This document shows, piece after piece, positions 29,785-42,899 of a stretch of 64,000 nucleotides of DNA. The notes below the pieces were generated by a model. It worked only from the letters and a program-made list of their open reading frames with translations. It did no database searches and was not told the origin of the DNA. The stretch is from Schmidtea polychroa (Eukaryota): contig CM097885.1 of assembly GCA_044892525.1 (NCBI GenBank), forward strand, positions 24,678,001 to 24,742,000, in the 5' to 3' direction. The translations under genes and the position numbers were made by a program. Numbering within the stretch: position 1 is the stretch's first letter; each line of letters begins with the position of its first letter.

Positions 29785-29965
29785 TAAAAATAACTAATGG
29801 TTTGTTCTAAACTTTATCACGAAATGTTGATTGTTCTTCTAAGTCTTCATTTCATATGCAAAATCGCGCCCAAAATTATATGTAACACATGGCAAAATAA
29901 TATTATCATGAATTATATAAATAATTTTTATTTATTTATTTACACCATATAGAAGCAATCTATAC
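29785..29965. repeat. 181-bp segment duplicated in inverted orientation at 31980-32160
   Basis: manual alignment, 2 mismatches seen. Confidence 0.9.
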
Positions 29966-30710
29966 CCCAAAACTTGTGTGGATTTTATAAATAAAAGTAA
30001 AAACAACTCAATTATAAGAAAGGTCTCACTATAGGGTCAAATCGTTCCAAAAAACTAATTAAAGTCTTTCAGCAGTAAATATGCAAACAAAAATAAAATT
30101 AGGTTATGGTATAATCATTTGAAATAAGAATTTTTTTAAAATTAATTAATAAACAATCTCTTGGAATTAAAAAAAAATAAAATTATTTTCAATATAATAT
30201 TTAAACAAAAATTGTATTCAGCCTCAAATCAGCGGGAGGCTTTCATAAGAGAATTTCCACAGAGGGATTTTACTAAATTCGAATTTTTAAAAAAATAATT
30301 TTATAAAATTCAATTCAATAGAATATATGATGAAGGTATGGTAAAGGAGATGAGTGAAAGGGGGGGGGGTCATGCGACAATGAGGGGGTCATCCAATAAC
30401 TCGAGAACGTTTTTGATAATGTTACATGATATATTTTAATCAAAGCTTAACAAAGGTAAGCCAATAAAATAAATATTAATAAATAAATAATACTACAAAA
30501 TTTACTTGATATCTTCGTATCGTAGTCGTATGAATGACACAGTGTAAACGTAGCAAAATATATGATGCTAAGAGTATAAATCAGCTTCATTTTATGGGAT
30601 ATTCGAATACCTCAATTTAATTTATATTTATAATAATTACTAACCAATGGCGGTTGAATATTGATAAGCAAATAAAAATATTACTTGAAAGAAAAATACC
30701 AAAATAAATG

Positions 30711-30944
<234 letters not shown>

Positions 30945-31199
30945 TTTATGAAAACTTAAAGTTAGTCAAATTGTCAAAATATGATCCTTGAAACTATTAT
31001 ATGTCAAACTTTTCCATTTAGATTCAGCATAATAATTGTTTATTTAACTTTTTAAACTGTTTACATGATTATTCTGGCATTAAAGAAAACAAACTAACAA
31101 AAAAATTTCTTTTAAAATTTTAAATAACCTTTTTTATTAATTTTTTATTAATCGTTTTAATAAACTTTACCCAGTGAAAGTTACATTTTTATAAATTAA

Positions 31200-33780
31200 A
31201 ATGATCACTTCGATACTCGAGTCCAATAATATTATATTTTGGCACATAATGTGATGAATCTATCAACCGTAAATTTAAAAAATTTTTCGAAAATGCACTT
31301 TTGTTCGATTTCGGTTGTCGCGTCATTGTGAGCAATAGTTATTTGGCTTGTCTGCTGGTTAAACTCAAGTAGTTGGATGTCTGCCTTTTTTATTTATATT
31401 TTATGCTTCATTTTTCTGGAATCATCAAACGTGTTGGAATTTACTTGTTTTTTCTGTATTTTTGAATTTTATGATTATGATTGGCATGAATTCAACAAAT
31501 AGTTATGTTGGTGATGAAGCTCTGCCAAAGAGAGATTTGTTCCATCGAGTTCATTATTACCATAGGAATTAAATATTCTGCTATTTTACTTGTTAAAACT
31601 TTCCTTCTTATGCATTCATCATATTTTTTTATAATATCTCGTAGATAGGTTACCATGTGTATCCAAAAGAAATAATCGTTCGTATAATTTGTTGTTTTCT
31701 TAACCCCTAAATGACAGAGTTCTTTGTGCATATGGTGTACGACTTGTGACGCTATCTTCTGCTTATCATCATTTACTATTAATAACATATTGTCTTTTAC
31801 CAATTTCTGATCCAATCTTTTGAAATAAGTTGGAAGTATAGAAGTATATCATGTATTAACGATCGATTTCTATACGTCATGATATGATGTATCAATATAA
31901 TAATTATTATTATATGAAAACTCAATCTAGTTATTAGTTATTGATATTATATAAACGGTTTTATCTTTTTATAATAGAAGTATAGATTGCTTCTATATGG
32001 TGTAAATAAATAAATAAAAATTATTTATATAATTCATGATAATATTATTTTGCTATGTGTTACATATAATTTTGGGCGCGATTTTGCATATGAAATGAAG
32101 ACTTAGAAGAACAATCAACCTTTCGTGATAAAGTTTAGAACAAACCATTAGTTATTTTTAATTCCGAATCAAGTGAGGTATCTCGGGGCTCGGGTTTAGT
32201 ATATATTTCTTTATTATAAACAGCAAATTATCTGTTTCCTGATTCTCAATATATACCTGAATATTTAAATTGCTTGAAGTAATCAAGTTTAAAAATCTTA
32301 TTCGGCTCTTCTCAAGTTTCCCTTCTTCGTGTTCGGTTTAAAATTGTGAGCAATAACTTAAAGATATCCTCGATAATCCATCAGCGTTGTTATGATTTTT
32401 ACCCTTCCTATATTTTAAATCAAAATCATAACCTGACAACTCACTCAACCATGTTTGGAGTTGTAGACTTATTGGTTTCGAAGTTGATTTTAAGAACTTT
32501 AAAGCCTTATGATCCATACTTATATCAAACCTTTTCCCATATAAATCATGCCGAAAATATAAGACGTACTCGTATATTGCTAATAGTTCTTTTTTAGTTA
32601 CACAATATCCTTTCTCGTGAGCACTTAAAAGTCTTAAACTATATGCTATGACTTTTTCACAACCATTTTGAACTTGACGTAGAACAGCACCAATTCCACT
32701 AAAACACGCATCAGCATCCAAAAGAAAGTAATCCCCCTTATTTGGAAACGCCAATATTGGTGCACTCGATAATGCCTGTTTAAGTTTTTGGAAACTTTCT
32801 TCACTCTTGCCATTCCATTAAGTATTTTTTTTATGTCCCTTTATAGCTTCATAAAACGGTTTCGCTATTTCAGTTACATTTGGAGCAAATTTGCGATAAT
32901 AATTTGCTAATTCCAAAAATGAACGTAGTTATTTCTTGCATTTCGGTATTTCAATCTCAGTAATTCTCTTTATCATATTGTTATTCGTGGATATTCGTTC
33001 TGCTGAAATTTTATGGTCCAAGAATATCAATTCACTCTTATAAACACTATACTTCTTAGCATTGGTCCTTAATGCTGCTGATTTAATTCGCTTGAAAACT
33101 TCCTCCAACTTTTTATTGTGTTCTACGATAGTTTTTCCATATATCAGAACATCATCTAAATATGCAGCAACACCGTTATACAAAATATCATCAAACAGTA
33201 TGTGCATAAGTCTTTGGAAAGTAGCTGGAGCTGTGGATAATCCAAATGGCATTCGATTGTAACAAAACTGTCCTTTCTTTGTAGAAAACGCTGTTTTTAC
33301 TGAAACGCTTCACCCACATGTACCTGATAATATGCCTACTCCAAGTCTAGGGACGAAAAAACTGAAGATCCGTACAAAGAATTGAATATTGTTTTGGGAT
33401 CTCCTATTGGAAAACTGAATTTTTCAGTAACTTCATTAACCTTCCTAAAATCTTGAAACATCCTGATTGATCGGTCTTTCTTACCTACCACGACTGTAGG
33501 TGAGTTCCATGGGCTTTGGCATTTCCTGATGATGTCCATTTTCAATAATTTTATAATCATATCGTTCACTTTTGGAACCATCTGCATTGCCATGTGCATA
33601 TGATTTTGAATAATTGGATTTCCAGAAGTTTTTATAGTATGTGTATCCAAACTAGTACAACCTAGATCAGAATCTGATGTCATGAAAATCGTACTATACA
33701 TGGTTACCAACTCCACCAGTTTTGGGTCTGAATTTGATCCAAAAAAATCCAACGCATTTTACGTTGGTAGCAGAACAGTA
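31200..33780 (-). mobile_element. Ty3/gypsy LTR retrotransposon pol remnant (RT, RNase H, integrase Zn finger)
   Basis: SPWNSPTVVVGKKD, MPFGLSTAPATFQRLM, AYLDDVLIY, LDADACFSGIGAVLRQ...YCVTKKELLA, HKELCHLGVKKT...CIRRK; many frameshifts. Confidence 0.92.
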
Positions 33781-35790
33781 CTGCTTGTATGTTCTGTTAA
33801 ATTGCTATGTCGTGCGTGTTATGTATTATTTACTGCTACCTTTTAAAATTTTTTTGAAACGTTTTGTTCTGTTTCTATTATTAAGTTATTCTTAGTATTA
33901 CCCTTCGAATAGTCAAAACGCTAATTTTTAGCGATTAAACTAATTTTGCGGGTTGCTTATATACTAAAATTTTTGTGAATAATTAATTTTATTTATTTTA
34001 GTCTATTATCTTTATATTAGAATTTAAATTAATTTTATTCATTCCATTCTCGTCAGACTGCTGTACACAAACATTGGAATTTAACACTAATTTAATCAAA
34101 CTAATTAACTTCAAATTGACATTATTAATTGTAAAACTATTAATTCTTAAATTGTTTAAATATATTTTAAATTTATTAAAAAGAGAGTTTGAGGACTATA
34201 AATCAGTAATATGTTTGTTGATACTCACGAATTTTTCAGTGCCGAATTTTTCAAGACTTCTTAACTGGTTTCTTAGCTTAAGATTTTCAAAATTTTAAAG
34301 TTCATTAATGTATAAGCTGACTAAGGTTCATGTAAATATTCTTAGAAAATATATAGTTATTGAAAAAATCATTTTGTCAAATTCATTACAAAGTCATTGC
34401 TGTAGTGCCTCTGACTAGCACTTTTATTAATTTAATAATTGAACTAAAAATATATCATTAAATTAATTAAATTAAAATTAAAAATTAAAAATAATTGTTT
34501 AAATAATCTTTTACTTTCTCTTTTTACAAAAATCATTATCAAATTCAAACATGTCTAACGAAATAACTGAAGTTGTCACTGAAGTTGAACAAGTTGAAGA
34601 ATCATCAAATCGAGTCAAAATCAATGGATCAAATATGTCAGAAATACAGGAAACAGAAACCTTCATCGTATTCACAATGATATCTCTAGTGATGTTCAAG
34701 TTCTTCGACAATGTTAATGACAATAAATTATTTGTTCAAGTTAATTGTATGTCTCTACAATTGCTATCATCAAAAATTAAATAATTTACCCTGTCAGTTG
34801 ATTATTATAATTATTAACCTAACTGTAATTAAAAGAAATTGTTATTCAACGTAAAATTAAAAAACAAGTCAATAAAATACAGCAAATTATCAAAAAATTA
34901 ATTAAACTTATCTTAGAATCACAAATGAAACTTAAAATTTTTAAATATACTTTCAATCAACATCAAATTCACATAAAAATGATAGAAATTCACCTGAATA
35001 TTTCCTAAAAACCAGCTAAAAAATTACCAATGAATGTAATTACCAAAATTTACTTAAATAATCACTCAAATAAGATCATTAAAACTGAAGATATCACCCT
35101 TGAATTTATCATTAAATTCCTTTTAAATTAAAATAAATCAGTTAAATTATCACAAATCAGGATAAGAATTTATTATTTAGTTAAGTGCTTATTGTGTAAG
35201 GTTCATTTTATACGACAATTTTATTTCAAAATAATAACTTTATTTGATTAATTTAATGCGTGTCTTAATGATCTAAAATTTTATTCAAAGTACTGTCAAA
35301 TTAATTTAAGACTTGACAAATTAATTAACCATGTTATAAAGTGTATTTAAAGATTGGTTGGTTTTAAGTTAGATTTGCACATATGCTTGAAAATATTCGA
35401 TTTATTTCTTGTAATAGAAAATTATTTTAAATGATTTTAACAATAATTTAGTTGGTTGGTTATTAATAATTTAGTATTATGTTAATTGGGGATTAACTAG
35501 TAATCAATTCAAAGAAGAAAGTTAAACAGATCTTTTATGAATAAAAATTAGAATTCTATATTTGAATTTTATGTTTTTCGTTGTAATTTTTAAATATTTA
35601 AATTATTTTACTTAATTTTTCACTATTCATTTCAACATGGTGTTGTATTATTTAAAAGTGGTTGAGTTGACAATTATTCTGATTTAAAACTTACCATTTT
35701 TATTAAATTTAAGACTATATATTTTACTTATCAGACAAAGTTTTCTTAACTACTGATTTCAATTTAGTTATTTGCATTTAAAATTTTGCT

Positions 35791-36265
35791 TGTAAGTTAT
35801 GGAAGCCCGAGAGATTTATAAATGATCAGAATAAGTTTAGATAAAGCATCATAGACAGAGCCGAGCAATTTAATTGTTGTTGAGGCAAGTAGATCCGAAG
35901 TGATGAAATAATTGTTGATGAGCAATTAAATTATTTTGAAAAGCAGAGTATAAAAGAGAATTGCTGAAAAACGAATTGTCAGTTGGTTGAATCAAGCAAA
36001 AACGAATTTGTGAACGTTTGCAAAGCTCCAAGAGAAACCAAAGATAAGATCTAAGTGAAATAACAAAAAATTACAAATTATCTTACCAGTAAAGGTGATT
36101 AGCCATTTGGCAACCCACTTTATATATTATTTTGAGAGAAAGGTGCAATACAGTGACAAGTTGTAATTGTGTAAAAAATTGAATAAAGTGTTCTGTGTTG
36201 GGTTTTAGTTATTCGTCTGCACGACGAGTCAGAAACTAACTGACTTGTTAAATAATAACCCAACA
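35791..36265 (+). mobile_element. possible solo LTR
   Basis: TGTAAG...CAACA ends, tataaaa at ~35949 and AATAAA at 36182; no TSD found. Confidence 0.35.
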
Positions 36266-36269
36266 CATT

Positions 36270-37050
36270 TGATTTTTGTTCAGATCGGAAATGAGTTTTT
36301 TTGACTCGTTTTGGAGGTGAAAAATTATTCCGTTTGATCTCGGACCTCAAACAGATTTGTGTTAACTTAAGCAAAAAATCAAAAGACCATTTTGCTTTTA
36401 TATAGTTCAAAAGGAAAAATAGTCCTTTGCAGTCATTTTACGGGGAAAATCTGTTTAGGCTGAGTAGTAGTGTTGTTTCTGAAGCTATCTGACATTTCTC
36501 ATTTTGTTTGTCTTTTCATTGTCCTATTTCTATATTACAACAATTACTTGAGTGCATATTGCAACTCTTCGAGAGGAATATCACGTTTACAATACAACTT
36601 GGAATTCACAACCACTTGACTAATATTTCTGGTTTCAATGTTCGGTAGAATCGATTTAGTTATTTTTCTGGTTTTAACCTGTAATTATTTGATACTCGCA
36701 ATTAATGACTTTAATTTGTTTTAGATTGTTTCTTCGGTCGGCCAATATTTTCTCCGGTAATTTCAAAAATTCAGTTTGCGATTCGTTTTAATTCTGTTTT
36801 CTTGTTTCTCTTATTTTTAAATTTGGCTTCCTTTTTTTCTTTTTAACTTGCGTATGGATTTTTACTTTTCAAATTCTGTTCTTTTGATTCAAGTTAAGTT
36901 TCTTCTTGTAATCTTCAATATAATAGCACTTACTGATATTGACTTAAGGTTAAATTCCTTCCTCCAATACAGTCTTTTTGGTCGTCTTCAGTTCTTCTCT
37001 GAAAGCGATCGAGATATATAATTTTTAGAATACGCCATTTCTTTTTTTGA
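36270..37050 (-). mobile_element. heavily degraded retroelement (Penelope-like RT N-terminal region)
   Basis: Lys/Asn-rich broken frames loosely resembling the LPKxHK...PLRPI...LT.IL region. Confidence 0.3.
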
Positions 37051-37417
37051 ATCTACTTTTTGTATTCAGAGCTGCCGAGATTATTTATTTACTATTTATT
37101 ATACTATTAACACTATTTATTTTATTCGATTATTAGTTCCATTTTTACTACTATGAGATATGATAAACATCAAAGCTACCTTGACTGGTCTGCTTTTAAA
37201 AGCATTTCCATTTAGACTTTGAGTAAAAGTAAAATTTGTAAATAATGGCATCAACAATAATCATTACATTGCTGTGATTCTTCTCTCTTTCATCATATTT
37301 ATTCAACAGATACCGATAATGTAATATAATTATTGATCATGTTAATATTAATACTTCAATCCAAATGTCTATCGCCAATTGAGTACTGATTTCAATATAT
37401 ATATATATATATATATA

Positions 37418-38322
37418 CACCAAACACCACTGAGATACGTTCTCTATAGTGGTGGTTGGCGTGTAAAATCACTCACCGATTTATTTATCATCATCATCAG
37501 CAAATCAAGCAACAATTTATCATGTACTGAATTATGTTTTTTTAATCAATGTTTTAAAATCAATTATGTTTTTTGGAAATTTATTTTAGCAATTTTACAA
37601 ATGGCTTACAAGTAATTTTTTTTATTTAAAGTAAATTTTAAGATTTGAATTTTGATCCATATGGATATGAGATCATTATTCAAGTTCTTAAATATTACTT
37701 TTAATCAACATTATAAATTATTTTTAATTAATTTTCAGGCTTTTTTAGGAATTTTATGTCTTTTATTAAAGTATTTTGGAATTATTTCGAAAAAATGTGA
37801 GTCCGATATATTTTTAATTATAATTAATTAATTAAATAAATCAATCAATGTATTTTTTTAAAACATTTTGGGAAAAATCGCTGATTAGAATAATTTTTTT
37901 AATTTTTGTAGTTTTTTCTCTGAGCTCAATATGAGGGGATTCTTAAAGGAAATCAAATCTGGAGTAAAAATATTTTGAACCAAATTCATCTGCTCTTGAT
38001 ATTTTCATTAAAAATATAATTTAAAAAATTTTCAACGATCTTTTTTTTCTAAAAATTGTCTAAAATAGAATTATTATAGAAACGTATCTCATCGTTACAA
38101 TTTTACGAATCAAAAGTTTGTATGTATTTTTTATTATGTGTTGTGCTTGTGTGCATTTTTTAATTTTCCTTCCACTTTTCAGATTTCTATAATATAAGAT
38201 GTATCTCATTGAGCTATAAATGAGAACATCAACGTGAAATCAAAGTAAGTATGTATGTTTCTATAATGTAAGATTATTGATTTTTTTGTTATATTATAGG
38301 AAATGCATCTCAGTGGTGTTTG

Positions 38323-38325
<3 letters not shown>
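37418..38325. mobile_element. non-autonomous TIR element inserted in (TA)n
   Basis: caccaaacaccactgagat at left and its reverse complement at right; TA runs on both flanks. Confidence 0.85.
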
Positions 38326-38384
<59 letters not shown>

Positions 38385-39090
38385 AGCGCTTGAAGACTAT
38401 AAATCAGTAATATATCGATGTTTGTTGATACTCACGAATCTTCGGTATTGCCTTTTTCAAGTGAATTTGATCATTATTACATTTAATAATTATTGTTGGG
38501 GAAAATTAAATTTACTTCTTATTTAATTATATTTTTTTTTAATTTTAATATTTTATTTCCTATTTCTAAAATTTTAAAATTCTATAGTTTAATTTAATTT
38601 TTGATTTTTTAATATTTTATTTTATAAAAAAACGTTTTTTATATTTTAAATATTTTTTTTAATTTTAAATTTTAAATCTAATTAAATATTAATTTAAGTA
38701 TTAATTTAGTTGAATGTTGATGGACGGTTTAAGTTTTTTGATAAAAAGAGTCTTCGCGGCTAATGTTTGCAATGAAATTTTGAACGCATCTTGTAACATT
38801 TTGCATTTTGTTTCGTGTAAGAGTGGTGCTGATTTAGGATACAATAGAGATTCAACATTATTGTTGACTTGGAAATTTTTATCATTACACCCCTTGAATC
38901 TATTTTTACAAAATATTACAATTTTTGATCAGTACTTATGCTTTTTTTATTGGCAATCGTTGTTTAATTTTTGTTTTTAATTAAAATATTTTAATGGCAA
39001 TTAACGGAAAGAAAATAACTAAAAGATTTATTTGTCATTATAATATTTTATATTAATAAAAACGAAAAAAATGTAAATTTCTTTGAATAC

Positions 39091-39348
39091 TTATTTTGGT
39101 TTGCAACACAAAACTTCGAAATCACATTTTGGAACTTCTTTCCCGTCATATGGGAAATACGCACATTGGGCAGCGGGATAATATTTCCCTGCACAAATGT
39201 CACCTTCAATTGATGCTCTTGCAACATAGAGTGGATTTCCAGCCGTTGAGCCCCCTATCAAAGCACCATGAGGAACATTTTGTTCGTTTGTTAGAATCCA
39301 TTCATATGTCCCTCCATCAGAAGTGTCTTTACCTTCTTCTGTAAGAAC
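39091..39348 (-). CDS. DM9-repeat (DUF3421) protein, exon 2
   Basis: VLTEEGKDTSDGGTYEWILTNEQNVPHGALIGGSTAGNPLYVARASIEGDICAGKYYPAAQCAYFPYDGKEVPKCDFEVLCCKPK then TAA. Confidence 0.92.
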   Translation of the reverse strand, partial: VLTEEGKDTSDGGTYEWILTNEQNVPHGALIGGSTAGNPLYVARASIEGDICAGKYYPAAQCAYFPYDGKEVPKCDFEVLCCKPK

Positions 39349-39390
39349 CTATAATAAATGATTGACACATTTCATTATGACATTTAGTAC

Positions 39391-39588
39391 CTCATATTCT
39401 CCAATTGCTATTTCTTCTCCTGCATAAGATATATAGCATGATTTATGACCTTTAAATATTTTTCCTGGAGTCATCTCTCCTTTGTGCATAGCCCTGGCAA
39501 CGTAGCAACCATCACCAACTTGAACAGAATTCAAGGGGATGTCTCCATTTTTGGCTTCTTTCCATGAGAGATTGGAATTGCCTGACAT
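39391..39588 (-). CDS. DM9-repeat (DUF3421) protein, exon 1; spliced product 151 aa, putative lectin/pattern-recognition protein
   Basis: MSGNSNLSWKEAKNGDIPLNSVQVGDGCYVARAMHKGEMTPGK...CYISYAGEEIAIGEYE; 42-nt GT-AG intron at 39349-39390. Confidence 0.92.
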
Positions 39589-39660
39589 GATATATAGTTT
39601 CAGTTTCAGAAAAAATAAACAATTTCTAAAGCAACAACTAAATAGAAAAATTCCCTAGTG

Positions 39661-39668
39661 TATTTATA
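39661..39668 (-). promoter_or_regulatory. TATA box of DM9 gene
   Basis: TATAAATA on minus strand about 75 nt upstream of the ATG. Confidence 0.5.
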
Positions 39669-40949
39669 TTCACCATTTTACGCACCAAAACAGGGAAATC
39701 AGATTTTAGTTAATTAAACTGATATTTTTTCAGAAAAAATGGAATCAAGCTGGCTCGGAGGTCTGAAATGAAATCCCAATCGGTTGTGCGCCTGTTTCTG
39801 ATTTCAATAAGCACAAATACCGGACGAAGTCGTTTTCAACTGCTTTCCATTTTTGTTTAATTTTGCTGTACTTGACGCATTTAAATAAAAAATTTAATTG
39901 TTGAATAATTACAATAAAATTCATTATAAAATTCATTATAAAATTCACTATGTATTTTAACAGATTAACTCTTTTTTTCAGGTAACCGGGCGTTTCAACA
40001 AAATATGTATAAATACAATAAACAATCATTAAGTAAAGACGTATTAAATAAAACAAATAAATAAATCAATGAAAAATAGGAACCCAAAGAAGAATAAAAT
40101 ATAACGTATATTTATCGCATACCCAATGATCTTATACCAATCTCTGATTCTATCTCCTTTTTTAATCTGTAATTATCTATATATTTAATGACTTTCTGTT
40201 GGAACTTTCTCTCAGTCTCTCCTTTGACAATCTTCTTCAATTAATTTCTTCCACTAATAGAACAATAAAATATTGCTGACCGAATGTCCTTCACTTGGTT
40301 TCCAAACTATCATTATTATATTGTCATTATAATGGGCTCATTTTCCAATTCATTTTCCAGATTTTAATTCGAATAATTAATTATTTATTGATTTTCTGTA
40401 AATTCATTTTTGAACGACTTTCACACTTATTTACTTATCTTTCTTCAGTTATGTTTCTATTTTATTACTTCTTACAATAAATTCCATTTCTAACTACATC
40501 ATAATATTCATTTTATCTGATTTCCGTTTCATTTTCATTTGTAACTCCTTTATAGCTAGCATTACAAAATGGAAAAAATTAGAAATTATTGTATATTTTA
40601 CAGAATATTTTCAAATGGGTGCAAAAAATTTGCACAAATGATTAATTTTTAACTTTTATTGTAGTTTAATATGTATTTCACATTATTTTGTACAAAAAGT
40701 TTTTATTATTTAAATAATTCTTAAATTCTGATATTTTGAATATCTTTACATATTTTCAATATTAATGTGAACAAATCCTTTACTCTCTAAATTCTATCAA
40801 TTGTTAAATACTATTTGACTATAAGCTTCCGAAAGTTCTGAGAAACTTCAATCAAAGCTTTTTTTTGATTCAATACATAGAGCACATACGATTATGAATA
40901 TATTCCTTGACCTTGCTTTAACTTTTGACTAATAGTGGCTGTCATTCCT

Positions 40950-41601
40950 GGTTGTACGACAACCCGCCAAACGACAATCCGCCAAATGACAATCCGCCAA
41001 ATAGTTCAAAGCGACAATCCACCAAAGTGACAATCCGCCAAAAATTCATGAAATACATGTTGGAAAATACAAGAAAAAGCAAAGCACTCAGTACATATGG
41101 ACCAATGAAAACGTCATTCATTTGTGTCAAAACTATTCTCAATGGGGTGACAAACTTGCCTATGTTCAGGAAGTTTCTGGATTTATGCATTTGTCAGAAT
41201 AAGTTATTAGATGAACAGTTTTTGGTTTTCATTTCATTAATTTGTGTTTAAAAATGTTAAAGGATAAAATAAATAAATTTTTAAATAAATGGGTTTTTTA
41301 ATCATCTTTTTCTTCAAAAATTGATTAGATAAATTTTACCATTGAGCTATACACAACATAACTGTTTTCAAATCTTACGGTACTACAAAGGACAAAAAGT
41401 AACTTTTAAACAAGTACTTTTAATTTTAATATGATGACCTACAAATATTTTTTTTATAAATGTCAGCGTTGGCCAATTTTTTAGTGTTGGCGGATTGTCG
41501 TGTTGGCAGATTGTCTGTTGGCGGATTGTCATTTGGCGGATTGTCGTTTGGCGAATTGTCGTACTTGCTGGATTGTCGTGTTGGCGGATTGTCGGAATAC
41601 G
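40950..41601. mobile_element. Mutator-like (MULE) non-autonomous element
   Basis: exact 9-bp TSD gtcattcct (40941-40949 and 41602-41610); inverted subterminal arrays of GACAATCCGCCAA. Confidence 0.88.
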
Positions 41602-42899
41602 GTCATTCCTAGTTAAAAAAAAAGTTTCAAAACGTAAATTAGTTCTGAAATCAGGTCCAATTGATTAGTTTTGAGATCCAGATTTATATGTTGTTATCAT
41701 TTTCTGGGGATTTATTTATCCCCCAGAACTTAGTATATAACAAGTCAGTGTAGTAATATCGCTTAGAACACCTTGTTGCAATCTAAACGTATTCCATTTT
41801 CAATTCAGAAGTGGCAATGATATCACAATCAAAATGTTTAACCGATTTCCTGCATACGTAAAAGGGTTGCCATATGTCCGCAACGCTGTAAAGCTTGCAC
41901 TTACTGTAGATTATTATATGAATCTGAAGCAGTTAGTAATGTCGATGTGCTTATTTCTTTAAATACCAGTTTATTCATTTTTGTAATATTTCTAAATGCT
42001 CGGGCACGAAATAAAGAAAGGAGAGCTTGTTCATTGTGGATTAGCAAGGCTGGGGAGGTTAGAATAAAACGAGTTAACACAAGGTCAAAATAGGGAATGT
42101 TCAGGCTCCTTATAAATTAAATTAATATTTAAATAAATTAGTAATTAATTAATGTTAAATTAATATTTAGGGTATCATGATCTCAACTACTTAGATTTTA
42201 GACGATAATGTCAGTTTGGTTGTTATTCTGAAGTAGAAAATATAATAGCAAGTCATAGAACGAGAAACCATCACACAGAATTCAAACCGAGTCAGCCTAA
42301 CTAGCCTTGATCTACTTCAAACGATTATCAAAAAAAAAAATAATTCAAACATTTTATGCAAATATTTCGATTTGCCATTTGCAATTGACTAAACTAATTA
42401 AATTTATGATGTTAGGAAGTTTGTTAAATTTTTAATCTTAGTTTGAAGATTTGAGATTTTTGTTTTAATTTTAAAAATAAAAAAATTGGCAGTTTCATAT
42501 TATGTTGAAAATTAATTTAAAAAAAATATTGACAAGTGAAAGCCGAGAGATATTTAAAAAAATTAAAGTTAAGAATTGAAGTTTTATTTTAATTATATTT
42601 TAATTCTCACAAATTAAATCCTTTCCAAGAATAAGACCGACAAATATAAATTCACAGTGGAATATATTAATAATAAAGATGAATTAGAAGATTTCGATTG
42701 TCGTGAGAGTTCAATTAGTAATAACTTTGCATACTATTCATTGCCCAACAAAATGATTATTAATTCTCTATCATTAAACCCTTCATTTAGTTAGAGAATA
42801 TCAATTTTCCTGTTCTCCAAATACAATTGCCTTAAATAATAGTGAACAAATCAAATTCATATGAAGTCCGAATCAAAGTTCTATTTACATCAACTATCA

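Noticed and set aside
34551..34784. 77-aa acidic then hydrophobic ORF
   Set aside because: No recognisable family or splice partners; could be decayed sequence
39645..39700. kB-like motifs near the DM9 TATA box
   Set aside because: Short degenerate matches with no independent support
40955..41045. GACAATCCGCCAA repeats as a CRISPR-like array, or the NDNPP ORF as a gene
   Set aside because: No spacers, eukaryotic context, and mirrored at the far end of a TSD-bounded transposon
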